DNA of 64,000 nucleotides from Candidatus Algichlamydia australiensis (GTDB lineage Bacteria; Chlamydiota; Chlamydiia; Chlamydiales; JAJFMI01): NCBI GenBank assembly GCA_033977065.1, contig JAXCHI010000003.1, positions 32,001 to 96,000 of the forward strand, read 5' to 3'. Shown piece by piece: positions 55,503 to 64,000 of this stretch (position 1 is its first letter; each line of letters starts with the position of its first letter). The notes under the pieces were generated by a model. It saw only the letters and a program-made list of their open reading frames with translations, ran no database searches and was not told where the DNA came from. The position numbers and the translations under genes were made by a program.

Positions 55503-56586
55503 CTTCTCCTCTCACAACGTAGAGCCAGAGTGCGCTAATCATAAATGCACTTGTCTTTTCAATAATTGCTTTGCGAGTCTTTTTATGCCCCATGGGAATA
55601 AGCCCACTTACCACTTTACCATCCGGCGCTCCGATGGCTGCCCAAACAGTCCCTACTGGTTTCTCTTCAGTTCCCCCAAGAGGGCCTGCGATCCCAGAAA
55701 CCGCTACCGAATAATCGGCAAAGCGCAGCGCCCCCTTTGCCATTTCAACAACAACTTCTCGACTTACCGCCCCAAATGAAGCCAAAGTTTGGGGAGATAC
55801 ACTTAAATAGTTCTCTTTAAATGTGTTGGAGTAGCAGACAATTCCCCCTTCAAAGTAATCAGAAGCCCCAGGAATTTTTGTTAATCGTGAAGCAATAGCA
55901 CCACCCGTGCAAGATTCTGCTGTAACAAGGCGCTTTTTTCTTTTAATCATCTCTACCTGAAGAGCATGAGCAATACTCGCCTCTTCGCAAAAGCGCCCTG
56001 GATAGGCAGCTCGTACTTTCTCGGCTAATACAGCGGCGCCTTCTCCTTTAATCCGCAGAGTTACCCCACCCAAATTGGGGTAAATTCCAAACTCCAGTTG
56101 CCTGTTCTCTTTCTGCCACTCGCGTACACTGGGGTCGATCTTGGTCTCACTCATTAAAACAAAGTGGATCTCTTCAATCGGAGTTTTTTCTTTTTCTACA
56201 AGGGGAACAACAGCACTTTTTAGCATCTCCTCAAGCTCAATTGGAACCCCCGGCATGGCAACAATCTGTTTTCCTTGAGCGGAAAAAATCAAGCCTGGTG
56301 CAGAGCCAACACTGTTTTCAATCTGCTTTTTTGGCTTCCCAAACTCATTTGTTAAAACTTCTTCTGTAAGATCATCAACTGTAGGACCCAGCCCTCCGGA
56401 AGTTAAAACCAGATCGCTGCGGCTTAACGCTTCGCGTAGCGCAATACACATCTCTTGAGGATCATCTCCGATCGTTGTGACACGCTTAAGTTTGTGTCCC
56501 AAAATTGTCGCAACAGCAGTAGCATTCGTATTAACTGTAAACCCCTCAAGCAACTCATTTCCTATACAGATTAATTCAATATGCAT
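55486..56586 (-). CDS. cinA: CinA/PncC competence-damage protein, NMN deamidase
   Basis: IGNELL, GGLGPTVDDLT, PGVP, AESCTGG, SGIAGP. Confidence 0.92.
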   Translation of the reverse strand: MHIELICIGNELLEGFTVNTNATAVATILGHKLKRVTTIGDDPQEMCIALREALSRSDLVLTSGGLGPTVDDLTEEVLTNEFGKPKKQIENSVGSAPGLIFSAQGKQIVAMPGVPIELEEMLKSAVVPLVEKEKTPIEEIHFVLMSETKIDPSVREWQKENRQLEFGIYPNLGGVTLRIKGEGAAVLAEKVRAAYPGRFCEEASIAHALQVEMIKRKKRLVTAESCTGGAIASRLTKIPGASDYFEGGIVCYSNTFKENYLSVSPQTLASFGAVSREVVVEMAKGALRFADYSVAVSGIAGPLGGTEEKPVGTVWAAIGAPDGKVVSGLIPMGHKKTRKAIIEKTSAFMISALWLYVVRGEDVLSA

Positions 56587-57176
56587 CCCGCCTCCGCACG
56601 AATTGTGGTTACAACTTCTCTATCTTGAATTTTTATTTTGCATGGCCGCGTATTCTTTCGCATCCAAGTTACAAAAGATTTATAAAGCGCATTATTAGGT
56701 AAATTTTCATGCAGCGTCTTCCGCACCCTTGGATCTTTTGTAGTAGAGTAAATGGCCGGATAAGAAATTTCAATACCAAAACTCTTCGTATTTTCTCCAT
56801 AAACCATGGAGTGAATCGTCTCACCTGATAGAAGATAGCGATGAGGCCGCAACTGAAGTACCGGCTTAATAGGACGCACAAGAGTTCGTTTATCATCGGA
56901 TTTTAGAGCAAAAATTGCTTCAGAATCACTTGTCCAAATGGAAGAAAAGAGAGGTGAAGAGAAGCTGCGATCCTCTAAATAAGAGCGCCAGTCACGGAGA
57001 AATTCTTCATTACTAATATGAGGCTTATCCGTGAATCGACCAGCTAAAAAAATTTGAAATGGAGGCAGAGCAGAGAGCAGAGACTCCATGTTTCGAGTCA
57101 AAAAGTGCCATTTTAACTGTTTAGCAATTTGGAGAGTTCCCTCCTCTTCAAGATTGGCGGTGCGCAAGGGAAGCAT
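56571..57176 (-). CDS. Hypothetical protein
   Basis: ORF filling the operon between lspA and cinA. Confidence 0.65.
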   Translation of the reverse strand: MLPLRTANLEEEGTLQIAKQLKWHFLTRNMESLLSALPPFQIFLAGRFTDKPHISNEEFLRDWRSYLEDRSFSSPLFSSIWTSDSEAIFALKSDDKRTLVRPIKPVLQLRPHRYLLSGETIHSMVYGENTKSFGIEISYPAIYSTTKDPRVRKTLHENLPNNALYKSFVTWMRKNTRPCKIKIQDREVVTTIRAEAGCILN

Positions 57177-57636
57177 CTTTTTTTCTCTCAAAAAACATCT
57201 GAATGGCAAGCCAAAAAACCCCCATGCTGATGGCAAAATCAGCTAAGTTAAAAACAGCAAAAGGAGCAAATCCAAAAATTGTTGGGTAGAACATATCAAC
57301 AACAAAGCCGTAAAGAAAAGAGTCCACAATGTTTCCGATAGCACCAGCTAAAATCATCAAAATCGGAAATTGAGACTTTTGGGGAGCTTTGGAAAAGAGG
57401 TAAAAAATCAGAGAAGAGATCAGTACAATACGAAAAACAAGTAAGAGTGAGCTATGAGAAGCAAAAAGCCCCCACGCCATCCCTTTATTGGCCACAAAAC
57501 TCAAAGAAAAGCTACACCCCAAAAAATTTTGGATTAAAGGAATTCCCCCCATCCCAACGAGGTGCGTAAACGCCCAACGTTTGATTGCAAAGTCGCAAAC
57601 AAGGATGAAAAAAAATACAAAAATTCCTTTTTTCAA
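57148..57636 (-). CDS. lspA: Lipoprotein signal peptidase II
   Basis: NKGMAWG, GAIGNIVD, VVDM, FNLAD. Confidence 0.93.
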   Translation of the reverse strand: MKKGIFVFFFILVCDFAIKRWAFTHLVGMGGIPLIQNFLGCSFSLSFVANKGMAWGLFASHSSLLLVFRIVLISSLIFYLFSKAPQKSQFPILMILAGAIGNIVDSFLYGFVVDMFYPTIFGFAPFAVFNLADFAISMGVFWLAIQMFFERKKDASLAHRQS

Positions 57637-57998
57637 AGCAGGCCTTTTTCAAATTTTTCTTGCTCATCCGCTGTACGTGTCGCGTAAGGGATAGCATCCA
57701 ACCGCTTCACAGGAATTGGCTGACCTGATGAATCGCACTTGCCGTAAGTTCCCTCTTCTATTTTTTCAAGAGCGCGCTCAATCTGATCAAGAATTTCTCG
57801 CTCTTTGCTTCCTACATTGAGGCTTACATTGCGAACAAAATCGTCTGTGCCTTCATCAGCTTGGTGTTGAGAAAAGCCCTTTCCCTCTTCAGGCGCACGT
57901 ACCTCTTTAGAAACTTCATCAAGATTTCCCATTAGTTGCGCACGTAATTCGATAAGTTGCTTTTTATATTTTTCAATCTCACTCTTTTTCAAGGGCAT
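57633..57998 (-). CDS. dksA: DksA/TraR family protein
   Basis: HQADEGTD, ALEKIEEGTYGKC, IPVKRLDAIPYA. Confidence 0.9.
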   Translation of the reverse strand: MPLKKSEIEKYKKQLIELRAQLMGNLDEVSKEVRAPEEGKGFSQHQADEGTDDFVRNVSLNVGSKEREILDQIERALEKIEEGTYGKCDSSGQPIPVKRLDAIPYATRTADEQEKFEKGLL

Positions 57999-58449
57999 CT
58001 TCCGTATCTCCTACATTTTTTATCGCCTTGAGAAGGTCATCCATATCCTTAAAACGCTTGTATACACAAGCAAACCGAATGTAGGCAACCTGATCCATCT
58101 TTTTCAATTTTTCCATACAGATCGCACCAAGTTCTGTGGTTCCAATCTCGCGCATCTGCTTTTCACATAGCTCAGCAGAAATTTCAGAAGCTAAGGCCCG
58201 CACTTGATCGCGACTGATACGCGTATGATTGCAAGCGGACTCCAACCCCTTAATTAACTTATCTAAACGAAAATCTTCATAATGGCCATCCCGCTTGCGC
58301 ACCTGAATTGTCAAATCAACCGTTTCAAAAGTAGTAAAACGTTTTCCACATTTCAAGCACTCGCGTCTGCGCCGGATCGCATTGAGATCAGCATGGTTTC
58401 TTGAATCTGTAACCTTTAGTTCCTGGTCACTACAAAAGGGACAACGCAT
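57979..58449 (-). CDS. nrdR: Transcriptional repressor NrdR
   Basis: [30 protein letters not shown]. Confidence 0.96.
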   Translation of the reverse strand: MRCPFCSDQELKVTDSRNHADLNAIRRRRECLKCGKRFTTFETVDLTIQVRKRDGHYEDFRLDKLIKGLESACNHTRISRDQVRALASEISAELCEKQMREIGTTELGAICMEKLKKMDQVAYIRFACVYKRFKDMDDLLKAIKNVGDTEDALEKE

Positions 58450-58471
58450 CAACAATCACCGTAAAAAAATT

Positions 58472-58558
58472 CGGAGGAAGTGGGATTCGAACCCACGATA
58501 CGATTTCTCGCATACACGCTTTCCAAGCGTGCTCCTTCGGCCGCTCGGACACTCCTCC
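58472..58558 (-). tRNA. tRNA-Ser(GGA)
   Basis: Cloverleaf with anticodon arm CACGC-TTGGAAA-GCGTG, long variable arm, GTTCGAATC; CCA not encoded. Confidence 0.96.
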
Positions 58559-58618
58559 GGAGGTGCCATTCTACTATACTCATTGAACATATGCAAGAGA
58601 TATAGTAGAATGATTTGA

Positions 58619-59497
58619 ATGAAAAGGTCCATATTATTTCTTACACTCTGTATAATTCTATTCGGTTGTCAAAAAAAGATTGGTCCTAAACCGAGACGTC
58701 TGCGTGTTGCTGCAACCATCGCACCACACGCCTACTTCACAACCCGTATTGGAACAGAAAACCTTGAAGTCATCTCCATCCTTTCGCCTTCTGTGGACAT
58801 CCATACCTACGAGCCTACGCCACAAAGTATGGAAAATTTGAAAAATATTGACCTCTGGATCCAAGTTGGTGCTACATTTGAAGAAAAAATGACCCCTATT
58901 TTGATGGAGCTTAACCCCGATCTCACTATTTTGAATATAAATGAAAAAATTCCTTTACTTCCTGTCACAAGTGACACAGACTTTCTTACCTCCTGCTCTC
59001 ATAATCACGGTGACCGCGATATGCATACATGGATGAGCCCTAGACAGGCACAAAACACCTCTCGGATCATCGCTCAGAGCTTAGTGAAACTCGACAAAGC
59101 GCACTCCCACGAGTTTAGCGCAGGTCTCAACCAATTTCTTAATGAACTAGCAGATCTCGATCGTCATCTCACTCTTCAATTAAAAGATTTAATTGGTGGC
59201 GCAATTCTTGTCGCGCATCCTTCACTCGGATATTTTTGCAACGACTACCAACTTAAACAGTTCTCAATCGAATGCGAAGGGAAAGAACCGCTGCCACAAG
59301 ACCTGCAAAACCTCGAAGAACACCTAAAAGATGAAAGAGCAATTTGCGTCTTTTCGCAAAAAGGGTTTGACGCACGTGGACCCCGACTTTTGGCAAATAG
59401 ACTCTCCCTTCCCCTCTACGAACTCGACCCCTTCGCCTGGGATTACCTTGCCAACATCAAAAAAATAGGAAATCAACTCTCAGATGCCGCAGATTAA
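58619..59497 (+). CDS. Zn/Mn ABC transporter substrate-binding lipoprotein (ZnuA-like)
   Basis: Lipobox LFGC, DIHTYEPTP, DMHTWMSP, AHPSLGYF. Confidence 0.9.
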   Translation: MKRSILFLTLCIILFGCQKKIGPKPRRLRVAATIAPHAYFTTRIGTENLEVISILSPSVDIHTYEPTPQSMENLKNIDLWIQVGATFEEKMTPILMELNPDLTILNINEKIPLLPVTSDTDFLTSCSHNHGDRDMHTWMSPRQAQNTSRIIAQSLVKLDKAHSHEFSAGLNQFLNELADLDRHLTLQLKDLIGGAILVAHPSLGYFCNDYQLKQFSIECEGKEPLPQDLQNLEEHLKDERAICVFSQKGFDARGPRLLANRLSLPLYELDPFAWDYLANIKKIGNQLSDAAD

Positions 59498-60158
59498 AAT
59501 TGAAGAACTTACTTTTGCCTACAAGCAGGATCCGATCCTGTGCGACGTAAACGTCGATATTTCTGCAGGAGAGTTTCTTGGTGTCATCGGTCCCAATGGC
59601 GGTGGAAAAACAACCCTGCTTAAGCTCCTCATGGGCTTTCTTACTCCTCAAAAAGGAAAGATCTTTCTAGACAATCGTCCGCCTCAAGATCTGCGACCTG
59701 CAATCGGGTACGTTCCTCAACATTTTGACTTCGATACGGCTTTTCCTATCTCCGTAAAAGAAGTTGTTGAGATGGGAGGACCAAACAGCCTGCCCCTTCT
59801 TAAAAAGCTCAAACTTCTTGAGCATCAAAATAAACCTTTTGGCGCCCTCTCTGGAGGGCAAATGCAACGCGCGCTCCTCGCTCGCGCCCTTGTCTCAAAC
59901 CCGAAACTCCTTCTCCTTGATGAGGCCACCTCCTGTGTTGACGCAGAGACAAGTGAGATCATCCTGAACATTCTTGCGACCCTCAAAGGAAACGTTACCA
60001 TACTCATGGTGACACACGAGCTCCCCACCATCATAAATCGTGTGGATCGGATCCTCTGCGTACATCGCAATTGTTCATTACTTAAACCCGATGAAGTTTG
60101 TGAGCATTACGCAATGGGTCTTTATCACCCCCCACTGCTCAAAAAGGAGGAGAAATGA
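59484..60158 (+). CDS. Metal ABC transporter ATPase (ZnuC-like)
   Basis: GPNGGGKTT, LSGGQ, LLLDE. Confidence 0.92.
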   Translation: MPQIKIEELTFAYKQDPILCDVNVDISAGEFLGVIGPNGGGKTTLLKLLMGFLTPQKGKIFLDNRPPQDLRPAIGYVPQHFDFDTAFPISVKEVVEMGGPNSLPLLKKLKLLEHQNKPFGALSGGQMQRALLARALVSNPKLLLLDEATSCVDAETSEIILNILATLKGNVTILMVTHELPTIINRVDRILCVHRNCSLLKPDEVCEHYAMGLYHPPLLKKEEK

Positions 60159-60961
60159 TCTTTAGCTCCTTTTTTCTTATGGCTCTTGGCGCCACTCTCT
60201 TTACCTCAATCAGCGCAGGAATTGTCGGCAGTTACGTTGTAGTCAAACGCATTGTTTTTATCAGTGGCAGCATCGCCCACTCCGTTCTTGGGGGCATGGG
60301 ACTCTTTCTTTTCTTAAATAAAACGTATAACCTTCCCTGGCTCTCTCCAACCTACGGAGCCCTTCTTTTTGCAATCCTCTCTGCCTTTCTCATCGGCTGG
60401 ATACACCTCCGCTTTACTGAACGCGAAGATACCGTGATCGGGGCCATTTGGGCCTCTGGTATGGCTATTGGCGTAATCTTCATCTCCCTCACACCAGGTT
60501 ACACCCCTGAGCTGCTTCATTTCCTCTTTGGAAACATCCTCTGGACAACACCTACCGACCTGCTTCGACTGGGTCTACTTGCTTCGATAGTGATCATCTG
60601 CGCACTCATCTACCATAAAAAATTTACCACTATCTGCTTTGATGAGCGCCAAGCCTACCTGCAAAAAATTCCTGTTGTCCCGCTCTATTTTCTCCTTCTC
60701 TCCCTCATCGCAATCACCACAGTTCTCCTCATTCAAGTTATTGGAGCGATCCTTGTCATCGCAATGCTCAGCCTCCCACCCGCCATTGCCAGCCGCTACA
60801 CAAGCCGCTTAAAAAGCATGATCTTTCTCTCCATCTTTGTTGGCTTTGTTTTGAGTTTCATTGGAATTTTCATCTCTTTCACTCTTAACTGGCCACCAGG
60901 TGCAACCATTGCACTGACCACCACCATCGCCTATTTAACCAATTTAGTAATAAAAAAATAA
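60155..60961 (+). CDS. Metal ABC transporter permease (ZnuB-like)
   Basis: SIAHSVLGG, LFGNIL, PPGATI. Confidence 0.92.
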   Translation: MIFSSFFLMALGATLFTSISAGIVGSYVVVKRIVFISGSIAHSVLGGMGLFLFLNKTYNLPWLSPTYGALLFAILSAFLIGWIHLRFTEREDTVIGAIWASGMAIGVIFISLTPGYTPELLHFLFGNILWTTPTDLLRLGLLASIVIICALIYHKKFTTICFDERQAYLQKIPVVPLYFLLLSLIAITTVLLIQVIGAILVIAMLSLPPAIASRYTSRLKSMIFLSIFVGFVLSFIGIFISFTLNWPPGATIALTTTIAYLTNLVIKK

Positions 60962-60971
60962 CAAAGTTTTT

Positions 60972-61253
60972 TAGTCGGGGCTCCGCCCCCGCTCCCCTTC
61001 GGCCCCATTTCGCTGCGCCAAATCAAATCTCAGTCGTCGCGCCGTACGCAGTACTGCCACGACGTCTGATATCCGATTTTGCTTTGCGATATGAACCCGT
61101 TACTCCGCTTCGCGCGGATAAACTTATTTTTGTTAATGGGTAAACAAAATAATTTAGCCGCCCGAAGCAAGATAAAGACAAAGAGACAGCACGTGCAAGC
61201 GCTCGAGGGAAGCGAGAAGAAGCCGAAGGGGTGCGGGGGCGGAGCCCCGACTA
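60972..61253. mobile_element. 282-bp GC-rich MITE-like element with 32-bp terminal inverted repeats
   Basis: TAGTCGGGGCTCCGCCCCCGCTCCCCTTCGGC ... GCCGAAGGGGTGCGGGGGCGGAGCCCCGACTA (1 mismatch). Confidence 0.75.
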
Positions 61254-61301
61254 CTCTAATATATTTTTTTACTAACACCCTCACTAAAATATTTACTCCC
61301 A

Positions 61302-61330
61302 TTGACCTTTGCGCCCCTTTCACATATACT
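61302..61330 (+). promoter_or_regulatory. Promoter of rplU-rpmA-obg
   Basis: TTGACC-N17-TATACT. Confidence 0.65.
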
Positions 61331-61355
61331 ATTCCTATTAATGGGAGAACTATCC

Positions 61356-61670
61356 ATGTACGCAATCATCAAAACTGGTGGAAAACAGTACCGCGTCGCT
61401 AAGGGCGACATCATCGAAGTTGAACTTCTTTCGAATACAGAGAACAACCTCGTCGAGTTTGATCAAGTTCTTTTTTTTAACGACGGCAGCAAAGTAGAAG
61501 TGGGCAAACCTCTAGTTTCTGGATGCCAAGTGAAAGGAGAGCTCCTAGAAAACACCCTAGGCCCTAAAGTGATCGCTTTTAAGTATAAAAGACGTAAAAA
61601 TTATCGCCGTAAAGTTGGCCACCGCCAAAAATACGCTAAAGTAAAAATTACAGATATAACTGTTAAGTAA
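61356..61670 (+). CDS. rplU: 50S ribosomal protein L21
   Basis: [18 protein letters not shown]. Confidence 0.97.
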   Translation: MYAIIKTGGKQYRVAKGDIIEVELLSNTENNLVEFDQVLFFNDGSKVEVGKPLVSGCQVKGELLENTLGPKVIAFKYKRRKNYRRKVGHRQKYAKVKITDITVK

Positions 61671-61675
61671 AGAAT

Positions 61676-61927
61676 ATGGCACATAAGAAAGGACAAGGGT
61701 CCACACGAAACGGACGCGACTCGAATCCCCAGTATCTTGGGATTAAAGCTAATGATGGACAATTTGTCAGAGCGGGCAGCATTATCGTGCGCCAGCGCGG
61801 GACAAAGTGGCATCCAGCGAAAAATGTAGGTCGCGGAAAAGACGATACACTCTTTGCACTGGTAGACGGCAAGGTAGCTTTTCGCAAGACGAAAAAAACC
61901 TATGTTGCTGTAGTTCCAGCCGCCTAA
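61676..61927 (+). CDS. rpmA: 50S ribosomal protein L27
   Basis: [21 protein letters not shown]. Confidence 0.97.
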   Translation: MAHKKGQGSTRNGRDSNPQYLGIKANDGQFVRAGSIIVRQRGTKWHPAKNVGRGKDDTLFALVDGKVAFRKTKKTYVAVVPAA

Positions 61928-61945
61928 ACAAAAATTTCAATCGCT

Positions 61946-62938
61946 ATGTTTACCGATCGCATTAAGCTCAAACTCAAAGCAGGAAAGGGCGGTAATGGAG
62001 CGGTAGCATGGCGCCGTGAAAAGTACATTCCTAAAGGCGGACCAAGTGGTGGTAATGGAGGAAAAGGTGGATCCATTATCATTAAAACCGACCCGTCTAT
62101 TCGATCACTCGATCACTTTCGCAACCGCAGACAGATCTCAGCAGAAAATGGCCAACAAGGTAGCGCCAACCTACGTCAAGGACGTCAAGGAGAAGACCTT
62201 ATTCTAAAAATTCCTCCCGGGACACTTCTGCGTGACGCGACAACTGGAACCCTACTCTACGACTTCACAAAAAAAGATGAAGAGCTCACTCTCTGTGAAG
62301 GAGGGAAAGGCGGGCTAGGCAATCATTTTTTTAAAAATTCTCGTAATCGTGCCCCCACTAAATCAACACCAGGAAAACTAGGCCAACTCAAAGAGATCGA
62401 GCTCGAACTAAAACTCATTGCAGACGTCGGCTTTGTCGGCCTTCCAAGCGCAGGAAAATCAACTCTCCTCTCTACCTTAGCCAACATAGAAGTCAAAACT
62501 GGCGCCTATCCTTTCACTACCCTCTCTCCTAACCTCTCGATGATCGAGTTTGACGATTACTCCCGCGTCTACTTTGCCGATATTCCCGGCCTTATTGCCA
62601 ATGCACACAAAGGCAAAGGCCTTGGTCATGAATTCCTGCGTCATGTGGAGCGCACCAATACCCTCGTCTTTATCCTCGATCTCTCATTTGAGCGTGATCC
62701 AAAAGAAGACCTTGCCACCTTGCGCAATGAACTTGGTTCTTACTCCCCTAAACTTCTTGAAAAACCCTACATCATCGCTTTAAATAAGATCGACTTACTT
62801 GACGCCACGCTCAACCCAGAGGAACTCTTTCCAAATGAAACCATCTTCTGCATTTCTGCGCTCAACGGAGAAGGCCTTCCACCTCTTCTAGAAGAGATCA
62901 AAACTGTTGCCCAACGTGACGGCAAACGCTTTTATTAA
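61946..62938 (+). CDS. obgE: GTPase Obg/CgtA
   Basis: GGPSGGNGG, GLPSAGKST, YPFTT, DIPG, NKID. Confidence 0.96.
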   Translation: MFTDRIKLKLKAGKGGNGAVAWRREKYIPKGGPSGGNGGKGGSIIIKTDPSIRSLDHFRNRRQISAENGQQGSANLRQGRQGEDLILKIPPGTLLRDATTGTLLYDFTKKDEELTLCEGGKGGLGNHFFKNSRNRAPTKSTPGKLGQLKEIELELKLIADVGFVGLPSAGKSTLLSTLANIEVKTGAYPFTTLSPNLSMIEFDDYSRVYFADIPGLIANAHKGKGLGHEFLRHVERTNTLVFILDLSFERDPKEDLATLRNELGSYSPKLLEKPYIIALNKIDLLDATLNPEELFPNETIFCISALNGEGLPPLLEEIKTVAQRDGKRFY

Positions 62939-63004
62939 AAATCTTTATTGCGCTCCTTATTATTTTTTGACAAAATGATGGCAAAATTTAATTTTGCCAG
63001 GAAT

Positions 63005-63727
63005 ATGAACAAAGTTTTAGATAACGAAGTTTTCCCTAAAACCTACACCTCTTTCTAGAGAAGGTAAAGATATCCTACAGAGTCAACTATGCGCTGCAAG
63101 CTCTATAACGAGCGAGCTCACACAACTGTATTGGCGCATCGGAAAAAATCTTTCTAAAAAAGTGCCTCTTGAAGGCTGGGGATCCAAAACACTCCAGCGT
63201 TTAGCAAAAGACATTGAAGGCGCATTTCCCAATCTTACAGGATTTTCCTTCCGTAATCTCAAATCCATGAGACAGCTTGCGGAGTCATACCCCCAGGGAA
63301 TTTGGGAAACAGCTGTTTCCCAAATTCCCTGGGGACACAATATTGTTCTAAGTTTTGCATTTGTAGGAAGACAGTACCCCTTAGACGTAGGGGGCAAAGA
63401 TTTTTCAATCGACCTTCTCTTCTACTACGTCATTCTGCATTGCTATGTAGTTATCAAATTAAAAACTCATGAGTTTGTTCCACGTGATACAGGACAAATG
63501 AGCTTCTATCTCTCAGCAGTTGATGATCTTATCCGTCAGTCTGACGATAAGAGAGTGTCTTTGAATTAACTTTCGTCGAGTTTTTGGATTATTTTGGCCG
63601 ATTTTTGGACTGAATTTTAATTCGAAGACACTCTCTAAGCCAACAATTGGAATGATACTTTGCAAAAAAACAAAGTGGTGGTCGAATACGCCCTAAGAGA
63701 TAACCTCAAGCCGATTGGCATAGCTAG
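63005..63727 (+). pseudogene. Degraded YhcG/DUF1016 (PDDEXK-type) gene
   Basis: WGSK..LAKD, GFS.RNL, IPWGHN, FAFVGRQ, IDLLFY, KPTIGMILC, VEYAL; frameshifts, large internal deletion, two MITE insertions. Confidence 0.85.
63551..63635. mobile_element. 85-bp MITE with 19-bp TIRs and TAA target duplication
   Basis: TAA-GAGAGTGTCTTTGAATTAA...TTAATTCGAAGACACTCTC-TAA; excision restores DDKPTIG. Confidence 0.85.
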
Positions 63728-63892
63728 TACTCTGTAACAGAAATTTTTACTATTCTTTTTAACGTGAAAGCTCTCGCGATTGGGCTATCGCAAGTCACCT
63801 AGTATTAATCAAATACGAGGTGATTTTCGATAGTTCAATCCCGAGGCTTTGACGTAAAAATAATGCTAAAATTTTCTGTTACAGAGTACTAG
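63724..63892. mobile_element. ~169-bp fully palindromic MITE bounded by CTAG; a second copy begins at 63889 and runs off the window
   Basis: CTAGTACTCTGTAACAGAAA...TTTCTGTTACAGAGTACTAG with arms pairing throughout. Confidence 0.85.
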
Positions 63893-64000
63893 TACTCTGT
63901 AACAGAAAATCTTAGTGTTTAATTTAAAAAAACAGCCAATAGAGACAGTCGGGCAAATCCCCGCTGCCCTTTGAGCTTCACCTTGGCATGCCAAATTGCG

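Noticed and set aside
61030..61402. ORFs of 107-111 aa overlapping the GC-rich element
   Set aside because: No transposase motifs; they span element and promoter, so probably spurious

Overview
Chromosomal window of an environmental member of the phylum Chlamydiae. This rests on the 16S 5' signature AGAATTTGATCTTGGTTCAG, hctA, and chlamydial synteny (nqrF-yajC-RlmD-like-hctA, amn-efp, kdsD/E2/gltT/lpxK, lspA-dksA-nrdR); a Simkania/Rhabdochlamydia/Parachlamydia-like affinity is inference only. The backbone is housekeeping genes, one rRNA operon (16S-23S-5S, minus strand) and tRNA-Ser(GGA). Accessory content includes an RHS polymorphic toxin with a signal peptide and a candidate immunity gene, Inc-like membrane/coiled-coil genes, a U-box/RING protein and an LRR-ankyrin protein. 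The most striking pattern is that five gene ends (nadE 3', nqrF 5', 5S rRNA 3', icd 3', E2 3') are each duplicated nearby. In the protein genes many of the differences are synonymous, and the larger duplications bracket effector-like cargo. This looks like integrase-free, Campbell-type stacking of alternative alleles from relatives. Several distinct families of hairpin-forming MITE/REP-like elements also occur, some with clear target duplications, although no transposase is in the window. Two +1 homopolymer frameshifts (RHS, nhaD) may be sequencing errors.
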